Assembly (NCBI GenBank): GCA_019454125.1
Contig: CP075365.1
Coordinates: 488,218-552,217, forward strand
Source: Fimbriimonadaceae bacterium
GTDB lineage: Bacteria > Armatimonadota > Fimbriimonadia > Fimbriimonadales > Fimbriimonadaceae
Direction of reading: 5' to 3'
DNA: 64,000 bases
The position numbers and the translations under genes were made by a program. Numbering within the stretch: the first letter of the stretch is position 1; each line of letters starts with the position of its first letter. Below the pieces are notes generated by a model that was given only the letters and a program-made list of their open reading frames with translations, ran no database searches and was not told where the DNA came from. This document shows positions 17,414 through 25,211 of the stretch, in pieces.

Positions 17414-18894
17414 GTGTCTCCTTTTACTACGGTCTCCAGCTCGCTGATCGCGCGGGCGTTTTCGATCCCCGGGCCATAGTCCTTGCCGGGGTCGAGCGCC
17501 AACCGCACCTCGCGGCCCTCATCACTGAGGCTAAGGCTGCCCCAGGATACTCCGGCGAGGCTCGGGAGAAACTCCTTGACCGCCTGGGAGCGGACCCGGG
17601 CGCGGTTGCTCTCGAAGACGCTCGTCATTCGTGCCCGGACTATTGCGTCCTCTGGAAATGGGTCGATTCGGGCCATTTGGGCGAGGGCGGGCACGAGTCC
17701 CTCGTCGGGGTCCAGGTCGTGGTAGGCCAGGTCCAGTGAGCGGAGGGTCGGGTCGTTCCAAGCCAGCCCTTCCGACTCGCGAAACTCATCGAGCAGGCGT
17801 TTCTTGGCGAGCCAGTCGATGCGCCGGGCCGCTCTGTCCCCCTCCCCAGCCAGGTCGGCGAGCAGCGATTCAGCCTCGTCGCAGACGGCGAGGAGCTCTG
17901 ACGCCTCAGGATCGGCGACGAACGTGCGGCGAAAGGCATCTGTGTAAGACTCAATGATCTGGCGGGCGGTGGTCCAATTCGCGCCCTCCAGGTCGATCCG
18001 GCCCTCTCCCCGATGCGACCGGCTCACGCTCTGGGCCGCTTTCGGCGGGCTGGGGATGCGCCAAACCGGGGCCTCTTCGGCCATCGCTAAGAGCAAGGCG
18101 ACCTTGACGAGTCCGGCCTTCCGGTGGGTGGCGGCGGGAAGCATGTTGGCGTCGCCGCTGATGACGTGCAGGCGGATCCACTGACCGGGGTCGCCGTGGG
18201 GCTCGTCCCGAGTGTTGAAGACAGGGCGGCGGTAGAGGGTCTCCGCGTTTGCCGCCTCGACAAAGAAATCTGCCCTTTGCGAAAGCTGGTAGTCACAAGG
18301 TCCTAGCGCCTCGCTCCCGACCTTGCCCGCGCCGCACAGAGCGATCCTCGCCACGAGCATCGGCATGACGGCGCGGTAGAGCGCCTCGAAGCCGAGCGGC
18401 CTCGGGACAAGGTAGCTCTCGTGGGTGCCATAGGAGGCACCGTGCCCGTCCGAATTGTTCTTGAAGACCTTTGTCCGGAGCCCCGTCAGGGCTTCGTAGG
18501 CTTCGGCCGTCCGCCGAAGCCACTCCTCGCCCGCCATGTCGTGGAGCGTGAGCTCTTCCAGGCTCCAGCATTCCGGCGTGGCGTATTCGGGATGGCCGTG
18601 GTCGTTGTAAAACCGCGCGCCGTTGGGCAACACCCGGTCTGATCGGACGGCCTGGTCGGACTGATGGACCCTGCCTGTATCGAACTTGGCGTCTTCCGGA
18701 TCGAATGCGAGCCGATCTAGCTTGAACCCGCGAAGGTCTGCCCTGGGGCTCTCAAAACGGTAGTCCCAACCTACGAACGCCCGCGCCGGAAAGGCGCGGA
18801 CGAATTCGGCACTGTCCTCGACCTGGTCTTCCGCCCCGCGGCCCTGGATCGAGAGCCCGTACTCGGTCTCGATCCCGGCCAGGACGCGGAACAT
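17410..18894 (-). CDS. dop: Pup-ligase-family enzyme, Dop-like (deamidase/depupylase type)
   Basis: 494 aa. GIETEYG, NGARFYNDHGHPEYATPEC, FKNNSDGHGASYGTHESY and NTRDEPH are motifs of the PafA/Dop family. The insertion WDYRFESPRADLRGFKL...(about 35 aa) before NGARFY resembles the Dop-specific loop rather than PafA. Confidence 0.85.
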   Translation of the reverse strand: MFRVLAGIETEYGLSIQGRGAEDQVEDSAEFVRAFPARAFVGWDYRFESPRADLRGFKLDRLAFDPEDAKFDTGRVHQSDQAVRSDRVLPNGARFYNDHGHPEYATPECWSLEELTLHDMAGEEWLRRTAEAYEALTGLRTKVFKNNSDGHGASYGTHESYLVPRPLGFEALYRAVMPMLVARIALCGAGKVGSEALGPCDYQLSQRADFFVEAANAETLYRRPVFNTRDEPHGDPGQWIRLHVISGDANMLPAATHRKAGLVKVALLLAMAEEAPVWRIPSPPKAAQSVSRSHRGEGRIDLEGANWTTARQIIESYTDAFRRTFVADPEASELLAVCDEAESLLADLAGEGDRAARRIDWLAKKRLLDEFRESEGLAWNDPTLRSLDLAYHDLDPDEGLVPALAQMARIDPFPEDAIVRARMTSVFESNRARVRSQAVKEFLPSLAGVSWGSLSLSDEGREVRLALDPGKDYGPGIENARAISELETVVKGDT

Positions 18895-20178
18895 TTATCT
18901 GAGGACCACGAAGCTTCCCGTCGTCGGGAAGGGGAAGCCGGCTGGCGGCGTGTCCACCACGAAATCGCCGGTCCGGAGAATCCCGTTCGGCTTTGTAAAG
19001 GTGATCCGGGCATTGGCCACCTTGTCCGCACTGCCGTCTCGAATCTGTTCGAGGCTGAAGAGCTTCACCGTGCCCCCTGTCGCCGAGGTCAGCGAGGCGA
19101 CGCCTTGCCAAAGGGCGGTGACCTTGCCGGTCGCGTTGCGCTGGAAGGCCACGACCTGCATGGCATTCTGGTCGCGCGTCCCGGGCAGGAACACCATGGC
19201 GAAGTCAGGGATGTTCGAAAGGACTTCGGTATAGGGGCGGAAGAAGCCTTGGAGGGCGACGATCTTCGCCTCGTCGACCAGCGGGTCTCGCGGGTCGGGC
19301 TCGCGGACCGTATAGGTCCCCGGTGCCGGGCGTCCGCCGAGCACTGTGGCCTTCTTCAAGATGCCGGTCTCAATCACGACCGGGTCGAGCAACTCGAAGG
19401 AGTCGGTCTCGTCGTACCCCGCGGAGATGCCAATGCTGTCCCCGGAGAAGTGGACCATCTCGGCGGGCTTGCCGTTGCCCAGTTTCGGCCGCTGGGCCTC
19501 GGGCATCGTCGTGACGTCGAAGGCGACCATGTCGCTCAGGAACCCATTGATCTTCTTGTTGTACTCCGCGTAGTTCTCGTCGATGAACTGCTGGCGGTTG
19601 AAGATGATGCCGTTGACGTTGTCGAACCGCAGCATCGCGTCGTTCAGGTTGACCTGGATGGTCGTCTGACGGCCTGGGAAAAGTTTCGCGTCGAGGTCGA
19701 AATACGGCCGGAATTCGATGGGAGGACCGCCATAGACGGTGCTGAAACCGCTCGCACCCTGCTCGTCCATCTGGGCGATCTCCAGGGGGAACTGGGTGTA
19801 GGTCTTAAATGGGATCCCAGCGGCCACCGGAACGCTGAACACAGCTTGGTTAATGGTGTAACCATCGAGCTGGATGCGGACCGGGGAGGCAGAACCCTGC
19901 TGCTCCTTAGGTTCAAAGTCGGTCGGCGAATTGTAGATTCGCGCGTTGCGGATGACCGCGATCTGCGAGCCGACGGCGCGCCGGCCTTGACCGGACAGGT
20001 ACAGGATTTGAACCTGGGCGTTATTGCCAAGGTTCACGGTCGGGATGCCGCGGCCACCGCCGCCGCCACCACCGTTTCCTCCACCACCACCGTTGTTGCC
20101 GTTACTATTCTCGGCGCTAACGCCGCCACAGCCGATGACAAGCGCACCAGCGACGAATACAAGACACCACTTCTTCAA
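18895..20178 (-). CDS. lipoprotein with Gly/Asn-rich linker (unknown family)
   Basis: The track ORF runs to 20247 (GTG). The in-frame TTG at 20178 is preceded by GAGGTG at a 6-nt spacing and gives MKKWCLVFVAGALVIGC|GG (lipobox), followed by ENSNGNNGGGGGNGGGGGGG. Its stop codon abuts the ATG of the Dop-like gene with zero spacer. Confidence 0.55.
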   Translation of the reverse strand: MKKWCLVFVAGALVIGCGGVSAENSNGNNGGGGGNGGGGGGGRGIPTVNLGNNAQVQILYLSGQGRRAVGSQIAVIRNARIYNSPTDFEPKEQQGSASPVRIQLDGYTINQAVFSVPVAAGIPFKTYTQFPLEIAQMDEQGASGFSTVYGGPPIEFRPYFDLDAKLFPGRQTTIQVNLNDAMLRFDNVNGIIFNRQQFIDENYAEYNKKINGFLSDMVAFDVTTMPEAQRPKLGNGKPAEMVHFSGDSIGISAGYDETDSFELLDPVVIETGILKKATVLGGRPAPGTYTVREPDPRDPLVDEAKIVALQGFFRPYTEVLSNIPDFAMVFLPGTRDQNAMQVVAFQRNATGKVTALWQGVASLTSATGGTVKLFSLEQIRDGSADKVANARITFTKPNGILRTGDFVVDTPPAGFPFPTTGSFVVLR

Positions 20179-20343
20179 GCCGTCCACCTCAGTGACCCAG
20201 GGCACGCGCAACGATACCTGACAAGAAGCCCCGTCAGGGCGGCGCACTGTTACTACTGGGACGAGCCAGGCTCCCGAAATCGTTCATCAAGCCGAAGAAA
20301 GTCGGCCCGAGGAGCGGGTCCCGTGTAAAATGTGGGGTGTCTC

Positions 20344-20877
20344 ATGAAACGCACGGGGCTCCTCGACCTTAACGAGGCGGTCCAACACCCGGGCAAAAAA
20401 CTGGTATTCGAGGTGCGATCCGAGCTTGGCCAGGAAGAGGACATCGACCTACTAGAACCCGTCACAGGCCAGTTGCAGGCCGTGAGCACCGGAAACTTGC
20501 TCCTTGTGAAGGCCCAACTGCGTACCAAAACTGTTGTGGAGTGCGCACGGTGCACGGCACCGTTGGAAGTCGACGTCAAATTTTCGATGGACGAGCAGTT
20601 CGCCGTGGAGGGCGTGCCTTCCGCTTACGCGTCGGACAGCTATGCCTATGTCGTCACCGACGAACCGGAACCGCTCTTCGACCATAACGCCCTCATCCTC
20701 GACGCGTTCCTTCGTCAGGGCCTGCTCTTGAGCCTCCCGATGCAGTCCCTCTGCTCCGGTGATTGGGAAGTCCCCTGTCCCGGCGGGGAGGGCGGCGCGG
20801 CGGCGAAAGTCGAGGACGGCCATCCTGCATTCCGGGTGCTCGGCGAACTGCGCCACGACGGGGAGACCGGCTCGTGA
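20344..20877 (+). CDS. yceD: YceD/DUF177 family protein (23S rRNA accumulation protein-like)
   Basis: About 177 aa. ECARCTAPLEVDV...LLSLPMQSLC is the Cys pattern of DUF177, and the gene holds the canonical position upstream of plsX. A GTG at 20332 is an alternative start. Confidence 0.8.
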   Translation: MKRTGLLDLNEAVQHPGKKLVFEVRSELGQEEDIDLLEPVTGQLQAVSTGNLLLVKAQLRTKTVVECARCTAPLEVDVKFSMDEQFAVEGVPSAYASDSYAYVVTDEPEPLFDHNALILDAFLRQGLLLSLPMQSLCSGDWEVPCPGGEGGAAAKVEDGHPAFRVLGELRHDGETGS

Positions 20878-21869
20878 CCATCGCCCTCGACGCGATGGGA
20901 GGCGATTTTGCGCCCGAAGCCATCGTCGAAGGGGCCGTCTGGGCGGCCCAGCTGATGCAGGAGGAGATCCTCTTGGTCGGCGTCCCCGACCGCATCCGCT
21001 CGTGCTTCCGGGGCACGCCGCCGCCGAACATCCGCATCCACCCCGCATCGGAGGTCGTCGAGATGCACGAAAAGCCCACCGAGGCTTTGCGCAAGAAACG
21101 AGATTCGTCGATTTCTGTGGCGGCAAACTTGGTCAAAACGGGTGAAGCCGTCGCCATGGTCTCGGCTGGCAACACGGGCGCGGCCACTGCGGCCGCCTTG
21201 CTCAGTTGGCGACAGATTAGTGGTGTCCATCGGCCCGCTATTGCGTCGGTTTTTCCCAGGAGAAATGGACAATTCCTCTTGCTCGATGCGGGGGCCTCGC
21301 CCGATGTCGACCCGGAACACTTGGTGGAGTTCGCCCTTATGGGGCTTGCCTATGCTGAGCGGGTCATGGGGAAGAAGGACCCGAAGGCGCACCTCCTGAA
21401 CATCGGGGAGGAGCCCGGCAAAGGCAACGCATTCGCCAAGCAGGCCTATGACATGATGGCGCGCTACCCTTGGTTCGCGGGCAACCTAGAGCCGAAAGCG
21501 ATGTTCCATGCGGAATGTGACGTCCTGGTCTGCGACGCCTTCGTCGGCAACATGGTGCTCAAGACTTCGGAGGGGGTCGCGGAGTACATCGTCGACGAGA
21601 TAAGGGGTTCCGTCCCCACCGGGCCGGGCCGCTTCCTGTTCCTTCCCATGAAGGCGGCGATGGCGCCCCTTCGCCGCAAGCTCGACTACGCCGAATACGG
21701 CGGCTCGCCTCTGCTTGGGCTGAACGGGATTTGCGTCATCGGGCACGGCAGGAGCAACCCGAAAGCCATCAAGAACGCCCTGATGATCGCCGCGAGGGCG
21801 GCTGAGCACGACCTCGTTGGGAAAATCCGGGAGTCTCTCAGCCAACTCGCGGAAGGGGCCGCCGTATGA
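20874..21869 (+). CDS. plsX: phosphate acyltransferase
   Basis: The track ORF begins at 20763 inside yceD. The in-frame GTG at 20874 (GTGA overlap with the yceD stop) gives VTIALDAMGGDFAPEAIVEGA..., the canonical PlsX N-terminus. Confidence 0.92.
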   Translation: MTIALDAMGGDFAPEAIVEGAVWAAQLMQEEILLVGVPDRIRSCFRGTPPPNIRIHPASEVVEMHEKPTEALRKKRDSSISVAANLVKTGEAVAMVSAGNTGAATAAALLSWRQISGVHRPAIASVFPRRNGQFLLLDAGASPDVDPEHLVEFALMGLAYAERVMGKKDPKAHLLNIGEEPGKGNAFAKQAYDMMARYPWFAGNLEPKAMFHAECDVLVCDAFVGNMVLKTSEGVAEYIVDEIRGSVPTGPGRFLFLPMKAAMAPLRRKLDYAEYGGSPLLGLNGICVIGHGRSNPKAIKNALMIAARAAEHDLVGKIRESLSQLAEGAAV

Positions 21870-22849
21870 CGCGAGCCGTCATCACCGGGATCGGACATGG
21901 CGTTCCCTCACGCGTTTTAGATAACTTCGAACTGGAAAAGATAGTCGAAACGAACGACGAGTGGATCGTCCAGCGAACTGGGATCAAGGAACGACGGGTC
22001 TGCGACGAGAACGAGACCGCCTCGACCTTGAGCATAGAGGCCTCTCGGGAAGCGCTCGAGGACGCGCGCTTGTCCCCGGAAGCGGTGGACACCGTCATCT
22101 GCGGCACAGTCACTGGCGACATGCCGTTCCCCGCGACCGCCTGCCTGGTCCAAGCCGGAATCGGGGCTCTGAACGCATCCGCGTTCGACGTGGGCGCGGC
22201 CTGCGCCGGGTTCATCACTTCTTTGGCGGTGGCGACCGCCCTCATCGAGTCCGGTGCCGCGAGAAACGTCGTGGTGATCGGGGTCGACGTCCTCACGAAG
22301 TACCTTGATTGGACTGACCGCTCCACCTGCGTCCTCTTCGGCGACGCGGCCGGAGCCGTCGTGGTGCAGGCGCAAGAAGGCACCGACCGGGGAGTGATGA
22401 AGACGGTCATGGCCGCCGATGGGAGAGGGGCGGCGCACATCGACTTTGAGGTCGGGGGATCGCGCTACCCCATCAACGCGCCCGAGTCCGAAGGCAAGCG
22501 GCGCAAGGTGCATATGAACGGCCAAGAGGTCTATCGGTTCGCGGTGAAGGCCATGAACGACGCCTGCTGCCGAACGCTCGACGAGGCGGGCTTAACGCCG
22601 GCCGACGTCGACCTTTTCGTCCCTCACCAGGCGAACCTCAGGATTATCCGCGCCGCCCAAGAGCGGCTCGGCCTGCCGGACGACCGGGTCTTCGTCAACG
22701 TCGACCGCTATGGGAACACGAGCGGAGGCTCCATTCCGTTGGCCCTCTATGAAGCCAAAAAGACCGGTCGCCTTAAGGTAGGCGACACGGTCATGACGGT
22801 CGGTTTCGGCGCCGGCCTCGTCTGGGGAGCGAACCTGATCCGCTGGTAG
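21866..22849 (+). CDS. fabH: 3-oxoacyl-ACP synthase III
   Basis: 327 aa. Active-site context AFDVGAACAGF (Cys), HQANLRI (His) and GNTSGGSIPLAL (Asn). Confidence 0.95.
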   Translation: MTRAVITGIGHGVPSRVLDNFELEKIVETNDEWIVQRTGIKERRVCDENETASTLSIEASREALEDARLSPEAVDTVICGTVTGDMPFPATACLVQAGIGALNASAFDVGAACAGFITSLAVATALIESGAARNVVVIGVDVLTKYLDWTDRSTCVLFGDAAGAVVVQAQEGTDRGVMKTVMAADGRGAAHIDFEVGGSRYPINAPESEGKRRKVHMNGQEVYRFAVKAMNDACCRTLDEAGLTPADVDLFVPHQANLRIIRAAQERLGLPDDRVFVNVDRYGNTSGGSIPLALYEAKKTGRLKVGDTVMTVGFGAGLVWGANLIRW

Positions 22850-22855
22850 GCGGGG

Positions 22856-23239
22856 TCAACTCCCGCTCGTGACGGGGTCGGTCGGGAGGCCGTAAAGGTC
22901 GGACCGGATCGCGTGGCCCAAGTCTTCGTCGGGCATGCTCGCGTGCTTCTGCCTCGTGTTGATCACGTGCTGCTGTTCGCGGACGCGCCGGCGGACCAGG
23001 AGCGCTTCCTTCGCCACCTGGAGGTGGTGGAGCGCGACCTCGTTCTCCTTGCACGCCATGTCACGGCCCTGGTGGTCGAGCAAGCGCTCGATGAGCACGT
23101 CGATCACGTCTTCCAGGCGGCACCCGTTGATCCCGTGTTCGACCACCGAGCCGCGCTGAAAGACGATGTGGATGAAGGGTTGGCAGACGAAACCGTCCGA
23201 ACCGTCCATACCACGCCATTTGTCCATGTCTACTGCCAT
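22856..23239 (-). CDS. small hypothetical protein with a phage-associated helical-hairpin-like motif
   Basis: 127 aa. IHIVFQRGSVVEHGINGCRLEDVIDVLIERLLDHQGRDMACKENEVALHHLQVAKEALLVRRRVREQQ. It overlaps the upstream ORF by 10 nt. Family assignment is from memory only (see findings). Confidence 0.5.
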   Translation of the reverse strand: MAVDMDKWRGMDGSDGFVCQPFIHIVFQRGSVVEHGINGCRLEDVIDVLIERLLDHQGRDMACKENEVALHHLQVAKEALLVRRRVREQQHVINTRQKHASMPDEDLGHAIRSDLYGLPTDPVTSGS

Positions 23240-23559
23240 TGCTGTTTGTCTGCCCCCTGCTTCATTTCGGCCAAGTCTAACTGGAAACGGTCATCCCGGG
23301 ACGGGTTGGCCTCAATTTCGAGCTTGATCGATTCGACCTCGTCGAGCAGCAGGAGGGCTCGGGAGGCGGCACCGGCGAAAAGACGGGCACGGTGCGTGTC
23401 GCCGACTTGACCGGCGGCAAAGCAGAGCCCCGTGAGCGTATTGGTACACGTCCGCACACGGTCGCGCAGGCGACGAAGGTCGCGCACGGACCGTGAGTCT
23501 GTTCGAAGTGTCTGTCGAATTCTTGTGAGTTCCGCGCGGCAGGCGGTCTCGAACGTCAT
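23230..23559 (-). CDS. small Arg-rich helical hypothetical protein
   Basis: 109 aa, ATG start, first gene of a two-gene operon. Preceded by a purine-rich GAGGAG tract and a roughly 290-nt non-coding leader. Confidence 0.45.
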   Translation of the reverse strand: MTFETACRAELTRIRQTLRTDSRSVRDLRRLRDRVRTCTNTLTGLCFAAGQVGDTHRARLFAGAASRALLLLDEVESIKLEIEANPSRDDRFQLDLAEMKQGADKQQWQ

Positions 23560-23733
23560 TTTCTGTCTCTATCTCTCCTCTTTTTTCAGAGGATCGTCCG
23601 CACGGCGGAGAGACCCTCTCTCGATGCGCCTACGGGGTGAGCTGACGGGCTAGGGCCAAGAGATACCCTCGACGTTTGGCGTCGTACGCCCCAAAAATTG
23701 GTTCCCCCGCTTCGGTCAGGACCGAACTCGGCT

Positions 23734-23747
23734 TCAATAATTATTGA
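23734..23747. promoter_or_regulatory. AT-rich perfect palindrome TCAATAATTATTGA (candidate operator)
   Basis: A 14-nt perfect inverted repeat that stands out in GC-rich DNA. It lies in the long leader upstream of the 23559 operon. Confidence 0.2.
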
Positions 23748-23812
23748 CGGTAGGCGCCCCCCTCTTTATTCGTTGTCCTAGGCCGATTCCGGCAGAAAAT
23801 CCTGTCCGGCTG

Positions 23813-23837
23813 CAGGGCCCCGGTTGCCGGGGCCCTG
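23813..23837 (-). terminator. stem-loop downstream of the flotillin operon
   Basis: cagggccccgg-ttg-ccggggccctg forms an 11-bp GC stem starting 10 nt after the stop at 23847. A short U-containing tract (GGAUUUUCUG) follows after an intervening gap on the minus-strand RNA. Confidence 0.55.
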
Positions 23838-23846
23838 GCGGGGCCG

Positions 23847-25211
23847 CTACTTGTCGCGGCGGCGTGGCGGTGGCGTAGGGTTGTTCGGCTCCACGATCGG
23901 CGTCGGTGTGGGCGAAACGTCGATCCGGTGCACGGGTTCGGGAACGTACGGCGCTGGTCTCTCGGGCTCCTTCGAGGCCATCTCCGCCAACTTCGCGGCG
24001 ACGTCGATGCCGAAGACTTCCTTCACTTGGGCGTTCATGGCGAGGAGCTTTCCTGCGTCCATGCCGCCGTTGGCCGCCCTTGTGTCGATCACCGTCAGTT
24101 TCTCGATCTTGGTCTTGCCGATGGTCTCGGTCAGCTGGCGGATGATCGGCTCGATCTTCTGCAAGATGAAGATCTCTCGCGCCTGGTCGCCGGCGTCAGT
24201 CCAACTCTCGGCGAGCCTGGTGAGGGCGTCCGCGCGGGCGCGGCCGTCCTCGACGATCGGCGCCACTGCGGCTGCCGCCTGCTGCTCCAAGGCTTCGCAC
24301 TCGGCCTTGGCCGGGGCGACGACGTCGGCTTCCAACTGGCGGCGGACCTGCTCGATCCTCGCCGCCTGCACCTTGATCTCCGCCTCCGCCTTGGCCAGCA
24401 TTGCCGCGACGTCCGCGTTCTGCTCCGCAACCACCGCGTCCCGGCGGGTGACCGCGTCGGTCAGCCCCTTGTCTGCGTCCGCCTTGGCGACCGAGATCTG
24501 GGCTCGGATTTGGGCCTCGACCTCTTTAAGTTCGTTCTCGGCGCTCCGGATGGCGGAGTCGGCTCGGGCGGTGGCCTCCGCGACACGGGCCGAAGAGAGG
24601 AGTTCCGCGCTGCGGATACGGCCGATGGAGTCCAAGTACTTCACGTCGTCGGTGATGTTCTGGACCTTCAGCGTGTCCACGACCAGCCCGAGCGCGGTCA
24701 TATCCTGCTCGACTTCTTGCACCAGCCTCTCTGCAAAGAGGTTGCGGTCCTCGTTCACCTGTTCGGGGGTCAGCGTCGCTAGCACGCCGCGCAAAGAGCC
24801 TTCCAGGGTCGCCTTGGCAATGCCCATGATTTCCTGCCGCCCTTTGCCGAGGAAGCGCTCGATGGCGTTGTTGAGCACTGGTTCGTGGCCCGCGACCTTC
24901 ACGTTCGCCACGCCTTGGACGTTGAGCGGCACGCCGCCCTTGCCGTAGGCGCCGATCGCGTTGAGCTCGATGATCATGTTCGTCAGGTCGAGCCCGTCCA
25001 CCTTCTCAAGGAACGGGTTGCGCAAGGTGCTGCCCCCCTTGACCACTCGGTAGCCGATCTTACGGTCGCCCGAGCGCCGGTTCCGGCCGCTGAAGATCAA
25101 CACCTGGTTCGGGCCGCAGACGAAGAAGATCGAGCCCATGCTGACGAACAGCAGGAGGCCGAAGGCCGCGAAGGCCCCGAGAATGATGCCGACGATGATC
25201 GGGATGTTCAC
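23847..25211 (-). CDS. flotillin-like SPFH/Band-7 protein
   Basis: 454 aa with an N-terminal hairpin anchor, an SPFH domain (ATLTPEQVNEDRNLFAERL) and a long Ala/Glu-rich coiled coil, i.e. the FloT/YuaG-type architecture. Confidence 0.88.
   Translation of the reverse strand: MNIPIIVGIILGAFAAFGLLLFVSMGSIFFVCGPNQVLIFSGRNRRSGDRKIGYRVVKGGSTLRNPFLEKVDGLDLTNMIIELNAIGAYGKGGVPLNVQGVANVKVAGHEPVLNNAIERFLGKGRQEIMGIAKATLEGSLRGVLATLTPEQVNEDRNLFAERLVQEVEQDMTALGLVVDTLKVQNITDDVKYLDSIGRIRSAELLSSARVAEATARADSAIRSAENELKEVEAQIRAQISVAKADADKGLTDAVTRRDAVVAEQNADVAAMLAKAEAEIKVQAARIEQVRRQLEADVVAPAKAECEALEQQAAAAVAPIVEDGRARADALTRLAESWTDAGDQAREIFILQKIEPIIRQLTETIGKTKIEKLTVIDTRAANGGMDAGKLLAMNAQVKEVFGIDVAAKLAEMASKEPERPAPYVPEPVHRIDVSPTPTPIVEPNNPTPPPRRRDK

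Noticed and set aside
20874-20877. Missing expected neighbours: yceD overlaps plsX with no rpmF (L32) between them, and glyS (13761-15827) has no adjacent glyQ.
   Set aside because: The absent genes are probably elsewhere in the genome. Gene-order variation of this kind is frequent outside the model phyla and cannot be judged from one window.
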